A DNA stretch of 64,000 bases from Oikopleura dioica. Its lineage: Eukaryota > Animalia > Chordata. The DNA is taken from positions 6,572,001-6,636,000 of the forward strand of contig OU015568.1 of NCBI GenBank assembly GCA_907165135.1, in the 5' to 3' direction. Numbering within the stretch: the stretch's first letter is position 1; the number at the start of each line of letters is the position of its first letter. Both the position numbers and the translations under genes were made by a program. Positions 12,472-22,869 of the stretch are shown piece by piece. Below the pieces are notes generated by a model. The model saw only the letters and a list, made by a program, of their open reading frames with translations. It ran no database searches and was not told the origin of the DNA.

Positions 12472-13152
12472 AATAATCGATTTCACCCCTTCCTCACGAG
12501 CTCCGTGCGATTCCGGCAATTATCCCCTGCACAGTGCGTGTCTACCCTCTCCCAAAAGAGTCTGCTACGTGTCCACAAGCGTACATCGAAGCTCAACTCA
12601 AATTTTCACTGTTAGGTTTGTCTTGTACAACGCACAAGCGATAACAGCAAAAGAATGATCTTATCGCAGTTCGTATTTTTGCGAAAGAGCTCTGTTTTCT
12701 AGCGATAAAAATTTCGCTACGTCGCCGGGTTTTGATAGTTGCGAGATAAAGTAAATGCCGCTGAGTATTCGGAATTCCTGACATTTGTCTCTTTCGATGA
12801 GAAAATTTTGCGACGGAGAAGAAATAGCTTCGCGGCTCTCTTTGTCGCCCAGCTTTTCAATTTCTCGCGAATTGTAAGGCGAAGACTTCGAATTCATACA
12901 GAAGTACTCTACCTTGCTGCAGTAGCAATTGGACGGAGACTTCAAGGAAAAGAGGCGTGTGCTGATTTTATCCTATTCTTTCAAGCCGCAATTGTGGCAC
13001 GTCGAAATTAATTGAACCCGCAAAACTTGGTGGCATTTTTAAGAAAAAAAACCGTTTCTTAAATTTTGTTCATTTTTATTAATCTCTTACAGCAAACAGA
13101 GAGAGCTGTATGGATTCAAACGGGGTTTTTCTCAATTGATAATTGCCTTCTT

Positions 13153-14329
13153 TCAATTGGTCTTCTCGAGAAGGCAGATCGCATAAGCCCTTAAAAATTC
13201 AACCCATTGTTCAATTTTAGGTCACTGTTACTATACCTGCTTCCGTGAACCCGACCGGTATGAACATTGCCGTTATAAAAATATGCTCCTTGAAGTCGAT
13301 TGGGATTATTTGGGCACCAAGGAATTCCGATTTCTTCGCTTAAATCGTCCTTTGGCATGTCCGCTGTTAGATATCCACTTAGAATCAACTCCTTCATTGA
13401 CGTCTTTTTCGATGTAAGTTTCCACTTTTTGCCCTCCAATTGATCTATTTTGTCGGTTTTCCATAGGCCGTATTCGTCCAAAAACGACGAATTTAACTAA
13501 AAAAATTGAGTCCTTTCAATAACCAGTCTCTTACCTTGAGCAATTTGCAGTTGATAGTTTTATTAATTTGAATCAGAATTTTTTCATCTTCAAAAACTTG
13601 AGTTTCGCAGATAAATTCAAATGTTGAAAATTTTGCCACATCGTCATCAACATGATTGTTCAAGCAATCTCTTGGCAAGCTCTCATTTGCAAATTGCTTA
13701 CAGTCTCGGCAGACGTAGACAAAGTCTTTTCTTTCTTTTGCAGCTTCAAGTTCGTTTTCGATTTTGCGGCGGATATCCTTGTTCATGTCGATAATCTGGT
13801 AATCAGAAGTGTACTCCGCGTAGATCCAGTATTTGTATCTCGATTGGCGGATGAATTCGGGAATGGGCGAGATCATACTTGTCGTTCTTCTCAGAAGAGA
13901 GCTGTTTCGATAGGCACAGAAACCCTTTGCCTCTTCATAAGCTTAGTAGAATTTTAGATTAGTTTCCTATTATTAATCTGACTTAATCTTGTACTAGACA
14001 TCACTGCTGGCCACCTAGTTCCATCAACATAAGCGTTTATCTCCGCGGACGAATTTAGATTTGCATAGAAGTTATCGTACAACTTCTCCTGATTCTCAGT
14101 AAAAGAGAAAATCGGTTTAAAACCCGGGTTCTTTGAATTTGGGTTCGTAAAGTTCGAATCTTCCTCGGGCTCGGGCTCGCGCACTTGTTCTTTTGTAGGC
14201 CAGAACTTGATGACCAGAATCACGGAACAGCCAATTATGGCAGCACTAAAAATTCAAACTCAAGATCAAGCAAGAATAACTACCCGGCTATGATTGCTAA
14301 AAAATCAAAATCATTCTCTTCATTTCCAT
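13153..14329 (-). CDS. Type II membrane protein with divergent C-type-lectin-like domain(s)
   Basis: N-terminal hydrophobic anchor (MEMKRMILIFLAIIAG/AAIIGCSVILVIKFW), then TYEEAKGFCAYRNSSLL..KYWI..IPWCPNNPN..AYAICLLEKTN*, with short GT-AG introns. Confidence 0.5.
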
Positions 14330-14527
14330 TTTTCTACTTTTTCAAATGAAAAGAATCGAAAATCCTTACAAGATCATAACTTTTTGTATCTACTCACCCG
14401 ATAAAAAACATATGTTTCGTATATGACTGAGTGCGTTCTCAATACCAGGTATCAGATAGTGACTATCAGATAGTCTACCTGACATAGCCTCCTTCATGCA
14501 GGGGTAATTAATTATGAATAAGTTCTT

Positions 14528-14582
14528 TTATATATTATATTATATTATTCAATATTATATTATATTATATTATATTATATTA
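14528..14582. repeat. (ATATT)n microsatellite
   Basis: TATATTATATTATATT.. run directly visible. Confidence 0.9.
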
Positions 14583-15317
14583 AAAAGTTCTTGAACTTAA
14601 TTATATATCACAAATTATGATTCATAACGTATTAATTTGTAAAAGTTATTGTTACCAAATGCGTACGTTTTACTGCAACGAATAACTAGATAAGGTTACA
14701 CTCATAATTAGGTTCCTTTCTTTTTCCACTAGCTAAGGCCTCGTCTTTGCGGTTTTGACTAATTGCCCGAAACGACAAAATTGTGGTCAATACGCGCTTT
14801 ACGGGAAGCAGTTACGGGAAGTCCAACAAGCTCACGGTTATCGATACAGTAAAGCAAGCGATAAGGCAGTAAGTCGGTGGATTTCTGGAGAACAGGAGCA
14901 TTTTAAGCCTCTTAGCACGTTTTCCCGCGCTAAGGATTTTTGTCCAAACTTTTAGTCCAGAAATTTCCGAAAGAATGCACGGGAGAGAGTACCCCACTCA
15001 TAGCTGCCAGTTCAGTCTGTCAAATAGTCAATCCAGATTAGCAAGAGGCAGAATATTTGAAGGAGAAGGAGGCTTTTTCGATCGCATCTGCCGAAAAAAT
15101 TTGCTCCTGCGGTGGTGCCTCGAGCTTGACTTGGTTCTAAAAACCGACCGCAACGTTTCGATATCACGTGATATCACTTCATGTTGGTTGCTGCAGCTGA
15201 ATTATCGCGAGTATGCGTGTTGACCAAAAGTTAAGCGGAAAATTCAAGGGCCGTTGCGAAGAAATCAAACTCATTTTTTTCTGAATAATTGATTTCTAAA
15301 TCAGCGATTCTGATTCC

Positions 15318-15554
15318 AAAGTGATTGATTTTGGCTCGAATTTCAATATTTACTAAACTAGAATAAGTTATTCTGAATAACTACTGTAAATCGAGAAGCC
15401 GCTTGCGGCTTCGAGCAATAGAAGAAAAAGCCGCGCTTCGCGCGGCTCTAGTTCCATTACTCGAAGCAAGCGGCTTCTCGATTTACAGTAGTTATTCAGA
15501 ATAACTTATTCTAGTTTAGTAAATATTGAAATTCGAGCCAAAATCAGTCACTTT
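15318..15554. mobile_element. ~235-bp near-perfect palindrome with a three-hairpin AAGCCGC core
   Basis: Arms TGATTTTGGCTCGAATTTCAATATTTACTAAACTAGAATAAGTTATTCTGAATAACTACTGTAAATCGAGAAGCCGC and its exact reverse complement. Confidence 0.9.
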
Positions 15555-15759
15555 ATATATTTTAAGATCTCATCAAAACGTACTTTTTTTACCTTCTCAA
15601 ATTGGAAAAACTCGTTGTTCACCGGAACAAGAAAGCTAATTGAATTATCGAAAAACAAGTGCAGTGCCAATTGATACCGTTTTTTGCGGGGACACGTCAG
15701 CAAAACAGAACTTTGTTGCGCCTCAGAACAAACTCGCGTTTCCATTTTTAATGAGCTTG

Positions 15760-15905
15760 ATAAGTCGATAATGATCCACTTTTTTCTTCTATATATTTTT
15801 ACCAATTCAATCCAAGCCGCTCATTGCTACACGTCAATCTACTTGATCCATCAAACGATCCTGACTTTGATCTGGCCCACCTGCTACTACATGTACACGT
15901 TCTTA
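15760..15905 (+). pseudogene. Degenerate duplicate of the CCDC34-like last exon and 3' flank
   Basis: 15803-15905 aligns with 11844-11945 (ATTCAATCCAAGCCGCT..CGTCAATCTACTTG..CCTGACT..ACACGTTCTT). It has a premature TGA and no AG acceptor. Confidence 0.5.
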
Positions 15906-15909
15906 ACAC

Positions 15910-16103
15910 GGTCTCAGTAACCTGTGTAAAAACCTGAGTTACAGCCTGAAGGGTCACTTGTGAAAAGCCGCAAGTTACCTCTCCGATCTTTTTCAGAATT
16001 CTCGAGGCCGCTTCGCGGCTTCTTTAAAAAAAAGCCGCTGCGCGGCTTTTCACTTGAGATCTCTCAGGCTGCTACTCAGGTCTTCTATCCAGGTTGCAAA
16101 GCC
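15910..16103. mobile_element. Family-A copy 9 (diverged)
   Basis: AACCTGTGTAAAAACCTGAGT..GAAAAGCCGC..GCGGCTTTTC..ACTCAGG..AGGTTGC. Confidence 0.75.
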
Positions 16104-16769
16104 TAATTCTTAACTGCAGCTTCAAGAACATGCTTTTCTATACGAGCCAATAAGAAGTCGCTATTTTTAATATGCCATGCTCGGTTTTGATTGGTCAATG
16201 CAAGAAAAAGAGGTAGGCTTTGATTTTTTTGTAAGTTTTTATTAGATTTTTGTTTCTAAATTACAGGCACTTTTTTAAAAATGGTTCAAAAGCAGTTCAA
16301 GGATGGTCCAAAGTATTTAGATCGCATCGCACTTTTGATTTGGTGAAAGTTTTTTAAGATTTTTCTTTTTGACGGGAATAAGAAGAAACTGGCGTTTTTG
16401 GGCACACACAAGGCCGAATAGAAAAAATGATTGAAAGCAAGTCTGATTATTCAAACTATGTACAAGCAAGGCAAATCAATACTCAAACCGCTTTTTTTTT
16501 TGACAGAGGGGATGAAATGTCGGGTCTCGCTGCTTTTACGCTGGGTTCACGCGATCTCGGTCGACCGGTCCAGACGGGTCCGGGTCGGGGCGCGCGGTTG
16601 GGCGAGTGGTTAGGCCAATCAAAGTTACCGGGGCCCGGTCGCGGCAGGCTGGTCCGACCCAGCGCCGACTGGCCGACCGATCACGTGGCAAGGAACAAAA
16701 GCAAGGAGCATTTCTTGGAAGATGGATTTCGTGGTAGTAGTGTGATTTGATTTTTTAAATAAAACAAAC

Positions 16770-17030
16770 AAGATAGTGGTCAGAAATTGGTCTGAACACT
16801 CTCAGATCTGCCACGATAAAGAGGCCAGTCTTTATCGCGAAAAGGGCGGAGAGTGCTTAGACGTGGGAGACCTTCGGGGCCAGGTGTCCGTGGCGGCCCA
16901 GCGGTAGACGAGGTGTTACGGCAGCGCGGTCGCGGATTTCGAACGGCGTCGATGTTAGTCCAGTTGCCAGTGCTTTGCGACGGGGTCCCTGAATGAAGAT
17001 CGTTAGAAAATTGAAACAGAAGCATTTTTT
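16770..17030 (+). other. GC-rich, potentially structured non-coding island (candidate ncRNA/SINE)
   Basis: 9-bp stem CGATAAAGA/TCTTTATCG, a C(TTCG)G loop, partial 5S-like 3' half, and a downstream T9 run. No family identified. Confidence 0.3.
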
Positions 17031-17496
17031 TTAATAAAAAGTTTTGAAAATTCAAGCTTTTTTTAAATAAAAAGGGAAGGTAAATTTTTTTTTTGATCGA
17101 AGAAAATTTTTTTTTTACGAAGATAGTCCCTTAATCAAAAATTGCCCCAGATACGTCACAAATCAAATTTTCTAACTGTCCCGCGTCACAGCCCCCATCA
17201 TCAGCTTATTGCGATTTTCGTGGCTTTGATCCCTCTTTCGCCCAGGTTAAATCCGCCACTTTACGAAAAGCGAAACGAAAGTCGGCAGAATGACTTTTTT
17301 CTAACATTTGATTTTGCAATTGGCGAGGGGAATTATCCAGACGGGCCCTTCTTAATCCGATACGCCACCCTTGAGAGACTAATCCTAACGTGATCATTTT
17401 TTTCTAAGTTTTTGAATAAAATTTCTAATGCAGAAATTATATGTCGAAAGCGCTGTAAATAAGCTGGTTTTACAATGTAATGAAAAAAGTTGTAAT

Positions 17497-17728
17497 CTGG
17501 GCTCGGCAATCTGTGTTGAAAACCTGAGTCAGGCTCTGGAAGAGCTTAAATGAAAAGCTGCGTAGCGGCTTTTTTAAACACGAAGCCGCGAAGCGGCTTC
17601 GCCAGGAGTTTAGACAAAATTAATATGGTTTATTTGCGAAGCCGCTTCGCGGCTTCGTTTTTGAAAAAGCCGCTACGCGGCTTTTCATTTGAGCTCTTCC
17701 AGAGTCTGACTCAGGTTGCCGAGCCCAG
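17497..17728. mobile_element. Family-A copy 10 (four-hairpin form)
   Basis: Loops GTA, GAA | TTC, TAC between CTGGGCTCGGCAA..TTGCCGAGCCCAG termini. Confidence 0.9.
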
Positions 17729-18316
17729 GCTCAACTGACGCGCGCTAGAATTTCTTTTCATTAGACGATGCCCGCAAGTAGGAAAAGGGGTCAAAAAGAG
17801 GGAAAAAAGGATGATCAAATTGTCATTTTACGTTATAATGAGGAACCACGTTCAGTCCGTAATCACGTGGGCGCAATCAACTCTCAACCCTTCCAAGCAA
17901 TTAGAAAGAGCGCTAGGAGAGCGAACTACTCGTTACAGACTTTTGCGAGGGGATTAATTGTTGAGTCGTAGATTCTAGCGCAGTTCTAAAACGAGCGAGC
18001 GCGCCGCGCAATACCAACCACCGTGGAAATCGTGCAAAATTATTCGCGCGGTTTTCTTATGCAAAGCATATAAAAACAGATATAAAAATTTAATCGCCGA
18101 ACGAGGAAAACCTGGAAAGCACCAGCGCGCCGCTGCTCTTTTTAGAAAGCCGGTCCCAGGGTAAATATTAAGAGGCCCCATTCTTGATACCCAAGAACGC
18201 GCCGCTCAAAGCCGGGTGGATTCGCTTTCGACTAAGTTTTCCAGAAATTCGCACGGTTTATTTATCTCGGATATCTTACTGCATTTACGATGGAATGCGC
18301 TCATTCCAGACCAAAT

Positions 18317-18556
18317 GAGATCAGAAACCTGCGTACAAAACCTGAGTCAGGCTCTAAAAGAGCATGAATGAAAAGCCGCGTAGCGGCTTTTTTAGAGCCA
18401 AAGCCGCGAAGCGGCTTCGCAAGAGCTTCCAATCAATCTATTTTGAAGTCTTTGCGAAGCCGCTTCGCGGCTTAGTTTTTGTAAAAGCCGCTGCGCGGCT
18501 TTTCATTAATGCTATTTTAGAGCCTGACTCAGGTTTTGAGCAAAGATTGCTGAGCC
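18317..18556. mobile_element. Family-A copy 11 (four-hairpin form)
   Basis: Loops GTA, GAA | TTC, TGC, with a TGAGTCA/TGACTCA pair. Confidence 0.9.
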
Positions 18557-21500
18557 AAAAGTTACATGACGAGCTCTTTTTTTTTTGCTTAAAACAATGC
18601 GACAAGAAGTGTCGTTTGGAAAGGTCAGCTCGTGCACGTGGGCTGCGCAAAATATAAAAATTAAGAGGCTGCTTTTCATGGTATCGAAAAAATATGAGCA
18701 TGTTTATAGCATAAATGTGCGGCGAGCTTGGGCTTAACCTGTTATACGAGGGTTCGGGGCAATATTCGGGCTGCATTTAATTTTAGAAATGAAAATTATT
18801 TAGCATACTCGCGGGCGATGAGAAGTGTTTAACCAGTTGGGTCTAAATTTATTTGGAAAAAAGAGATGGTTTTTTGAAATACCGCGAGTACCGTATTTTT
18901 AAACGACCCGTGATTGGAGCAGAACAAATACGCCAGACGCCTAGTTTTGTATAAGCCAATTTAAGAGAATGCTTAGTGCTGGCATTATGCTTTGACGGGA
19001 GCATTGAGTATCTTGAAGGCTGCGGCTCGAAAATACGGAACACAAGTTGAGAAACACTTTCCCATCAGCGACCGTAGGCCTTGACATTTAGAGTATCGAA
19101 TGGCAAAGAGGGGGAAAGGAGATGTCTGGGAATGTTATAAACGAAAAGAGAGAGAGAGGGAGGATTGATTTAGCACGAGCAGGAAAGTGCTGAAAAGCCA
19201 GAGTACTAGTAATTGAGTGAGCAGCTAAATCCGACCATTTTTCTGTCAGCCCGGAAACCAGGGCTTCCGTTGACGGCCCCAAGAATTTTTCCCATGGATC
19301 ACGAAAAAGATGAAGGAGAAATTCGCGAGAAACAGAGCAGCTTGATGGATTTTCAGTAATTTTGAGGATTAAGTGAGTTAGTTCCGAATCAGTTTAAATT
19401 CAGCTCCTCCGCGCCGGATTTTCGAGGAAAAAACTCGCTTCTAACAGGAAGATCCGTTAGAACAACTGGAAGCTTACAGGCAAACTACAGGGCTTGGGTT
19501 CCGACTCTCTCTGTTGATTAATTTTCCTTGGGCTTTATGACTTGCTAGTATTGGAATTCCGAGGCGGCGGTCGTGTTGGGCCCTTGGTCCCGAAGCAGCC
19601 GTACTCTTTGTCTGACATCCCGTGGCGGGAGGGGGAAATTCTAGCGTCGAGAAAAAAGCCCACAAGTTTTAAATTTTATTCTCCAGTTTTATGCCCTTGT
19701 TAAACAACAAAGAGAGGTGATAAGATAAAGAGCTGCAATCTGTGTTCGCCCCTGATTAAAAATTTCGAAATTTTGAATATTCGATTCATACAGTATGAAT
19801 ACTAGTGCTGCTATTTTGCTGGTCAAAAACATGCAGGGAAAAAACGAAGGTTCTCGATAAGCATCGGCGACTTCCTATCTTTGAGGGGCGAAATGAAGGG
19901 GTACAAATTAGCAGGGCTCTTGAAAGAATGTACAGAGACAGTAAGGACTTACTGATACCAGTAGGGGCTCGAACGAAAGAATGATGATAAAAGAAGAGGG
20001 TTCAAAAAGAGACCATAATTTTGATTTTTTTATGGAAAATATGGCTTTTTATAATTTAAAACTCAACGAATAAAAAATACAATTCTATGAAAAAACCGAT
20101 AAAGCAAAAGTCGTGATAAAAATACCGAACAAATATTCACATAAAAAAGGTTGAGATGATTTACCTGGGCTAGCCCTAGAAAAATAACAAGTCCAGAAAG
20201 GACGAATCCTATAAGCGCAGCTGGAGCAAATTCTTCAATCATTTTCTTATATTAAGTTTTTTTTTGCGTAACTTTCTTCTTTTCTTTCTTCAATAATTTT
20301 ATTATCTTGGACGTTCTTCTCTTGATTTTTAGTGTTCTCTCTTTTCTTTACTGGGCATAGCTTTGGCAAAAATCTAAGACCAGGTTCAGTCTCTTTGAGG
20401 CGCGAATTAGCTGCTTACGGCTTTTTTTCTCGTTTTTTTCGGTAGCACGGTTTCTTGCTGCTCGCCAAGGCCAGCCCGCGCGGTGGCGCTAGCACGACTT
20501 TTCTGAGTGTTCAGGCTGAAACCTCAACTGGGGGCTCTCTGTGCAGGACCTCGCGCGCCTTCTTTTTTTCGCGCGAAGCCTATTTTACAGGCTAATTTAA
20601 TACTGACCTACAGACTAACTAATACTTTTGGCCGGATTTTGGGAGTTTTTTTAAAATAATAATAATAAAAAAAAATCAACTTTGAAAATTCTTGCGCTTC
20701 TTGCAACGAAGATTTTGACAATTCAAAAAATATTTTGAGTTGTAAACATAAAAACGTCTCTTTGGATTTTTTCTTGAGCTTGTTGATAGAAACTTTCTTG
20801 TTCCAGATTAATAGATCATCCCTTTTCTAGTCGAAACAGTTATCCTTCTCTTTTGGGATTCTTAAATTGAGTGGGGTAGAAAGAAGGTAACAGAATTCGT
20901 ATTTATATAAGTCCTTGGAGAGTGGTAGTTACTCGCCGCTTGATTAGTGATAAGCCCCCGCTGTGAGGTCGGAATCTGTGGCCGGACATCCTTAACGCTG
21001 CCCGAGCAACTTCACGAAGCACAACACTTCTCGTAGGTCCCCAAGGTATCTTTGTGGCTTTTTTATCGAAGATTAAAAATAATAATCTAAATTTCTTAGG
21101 AAAGGCTTAAAGTAATCTAACTACCTAAATAATCTAATACAAGTAGATTTTCCCTGAATAAAAACTGGCATTACTGTAGTTACTGTATTGTTTTCGTAAA
21201 GTTGAGTTACTGCGGAGGATTAACAGTAGCTAGTCGAGTTTCGATGATGAGGCAGGCTCAGTTCTGGAGTTCCTGCCCGCGGGCTTTGCACCATTAGGTC
21301 GGGGTCGATTGCGAAAAAGGGAGCTCTTCCAGTGAAATCCCCCGAGCCAAACCACTGACCAAGAATTTCACTTCACGCAACAGTAGCTGGAAAAGGCACT
21401 TCCACTCCTTAACTGACCTTCGTACTGACCCAATAATTGACTTCCATTGTCAATAAAGAAATTTTGAATTAAGGGTATCAATCCGTTAAGAAATTCATCG

Positions 21501-22621
21501 TGTTTTCATGTATTAAGGACCCCCTATCGCATTATCATCGAAAATCATCAACTTTTCTGATAGAAATTTTTTTCAAAATTAAGGGCGTCACCGCGATATC
21601 GCCGTTTGAAAATATGCATAAAACAGGATCAAGTTTTGAGCAAGTTTATTCTTCAAAATGTCACCATAATGAATTATTCAGAACTGCCAAAAATGAACAT
21701 TTTACATAATTTTAAACACATACTATTCAAAAAAGAGCACTTTGGCAATAATAAATATTATTTTTTTGAACAACTGACAAAGTCGAACAAGGCATTCGAG
21801 AACAAACATAATCACGTTGACAAGGTTGTATAATTGAAATAATAATTTAAGGAGGCAAGGAGAGGTTTTCTTTGTTTTTCAGAAAGACTAAGTTGAAGTT
21901 TAGCTGGATTTTGGTTTGCTCGGCTCGGCGATTTTCTTCTTGATGTATTCTAAAAAAGAGATTTTTGAAAAATTTTGAACGCTAATAAAAAAATTAATAA
22001 ATAAGAAAATCGTTTATTTTGCCATGTTCTAGTGCGGTTTTCTCGCCAAGGAAAAGGGCTGTTTCGCCTTTTTATTAAACATGTTCGTCGCCAAACAAAA
22101 AGAATGACATGTGGTCTTACAAATGAAAAAAACTTTAAACTAAAGTTTTAGAGAGACCCTTTTTTCTGAGAAAAATGAAGGAAAAGAGTATTTTTGCACC
22201 TGTCTCAAAGTTTGATACAGGCGATAATTTTCAGCGGAACACGTTTTCGCCCGAATCGAAAATTATACACTTGGGCGCATCTGTATTTTCCCCTCTTTGC
22301 GCAATAGTGGGTTAACTGCTTAGGAAACCGATAAGGTCAATTTTCTCCTTATATATTTGAAAATAGCGGTTGTTTCTCCCTTTTTCTGAGCCTCTTTTCT
22401 TGTTTAATTTCCGAAAGTTAAACAGAGACTTCATTACTGTCGTTTCAACGCTCATGAGCAGTCGGCTAATGACGAGGCGCGGGGGCCGAGCCGATTAGCC
22501 AGACGGCAGGGGGTTAAAAGTGAAATCATTTTGGTTAGAATGGCAATAAGTTAACGATCAGCTGGATCGTTTTAAATCAAGAGCTTCAACAATTTGCTTG
22601 CTTTAAACGTGACTTGTGCTT

Positions 22622-22853
22622 TCAACTGTGGAAAAGCTGAGTCAGGATTGTGAAAAAAAAGGAATGAAAAGCCGCGTAGCGGCTTTTTTAGAATCAAAGC
22701 CGCGAAGCGGCTTCTCTAGAATCACAATTTCGCTCCATTCTATATTCTAGAGAAGCAGCTTAGCGGCTTTGTTTTTAAAAAAAGCCGCTACGCGGCTTTT
22801 CATTTCATGTTTTCAGGACCCTGACTCAGCTTTTCTACACAGGTTGCCGAGCC
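22622..22853. mobile_element. Family-A copy 12 (four-hairpin form)
   Basis: Same layout; lies just 3' of a TLCD4 splice donor. Confidence 0.85.
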
Positions 22854-22869
22854 AAAGTCAGAAACTTAC

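Noticed and set aside
12593-13011. Overlapping ~90-aa ORFs on both strands
   Set aside because: No recognisable domain or consistent splice model; left unannotated.
16895-16960. tRNA-like A/B boxes
   Set aside because: The boxes are on opposite strands or too close, and no cloverleaf can be drawn.
17550-18776. ORFs with KPRSGF/KAAARL repeats (also 1754-1936, 24114-24326, 26021-26427)
   Set aside because: They are translations of the Family-A hairpins, not proteins.
21243-21358. Possible C/D snoRNA (ATGATGA ... CTGA)
   Set aside because: No terminal stem or recognisable guide sequence; the boxes are short enough to occur by chance.
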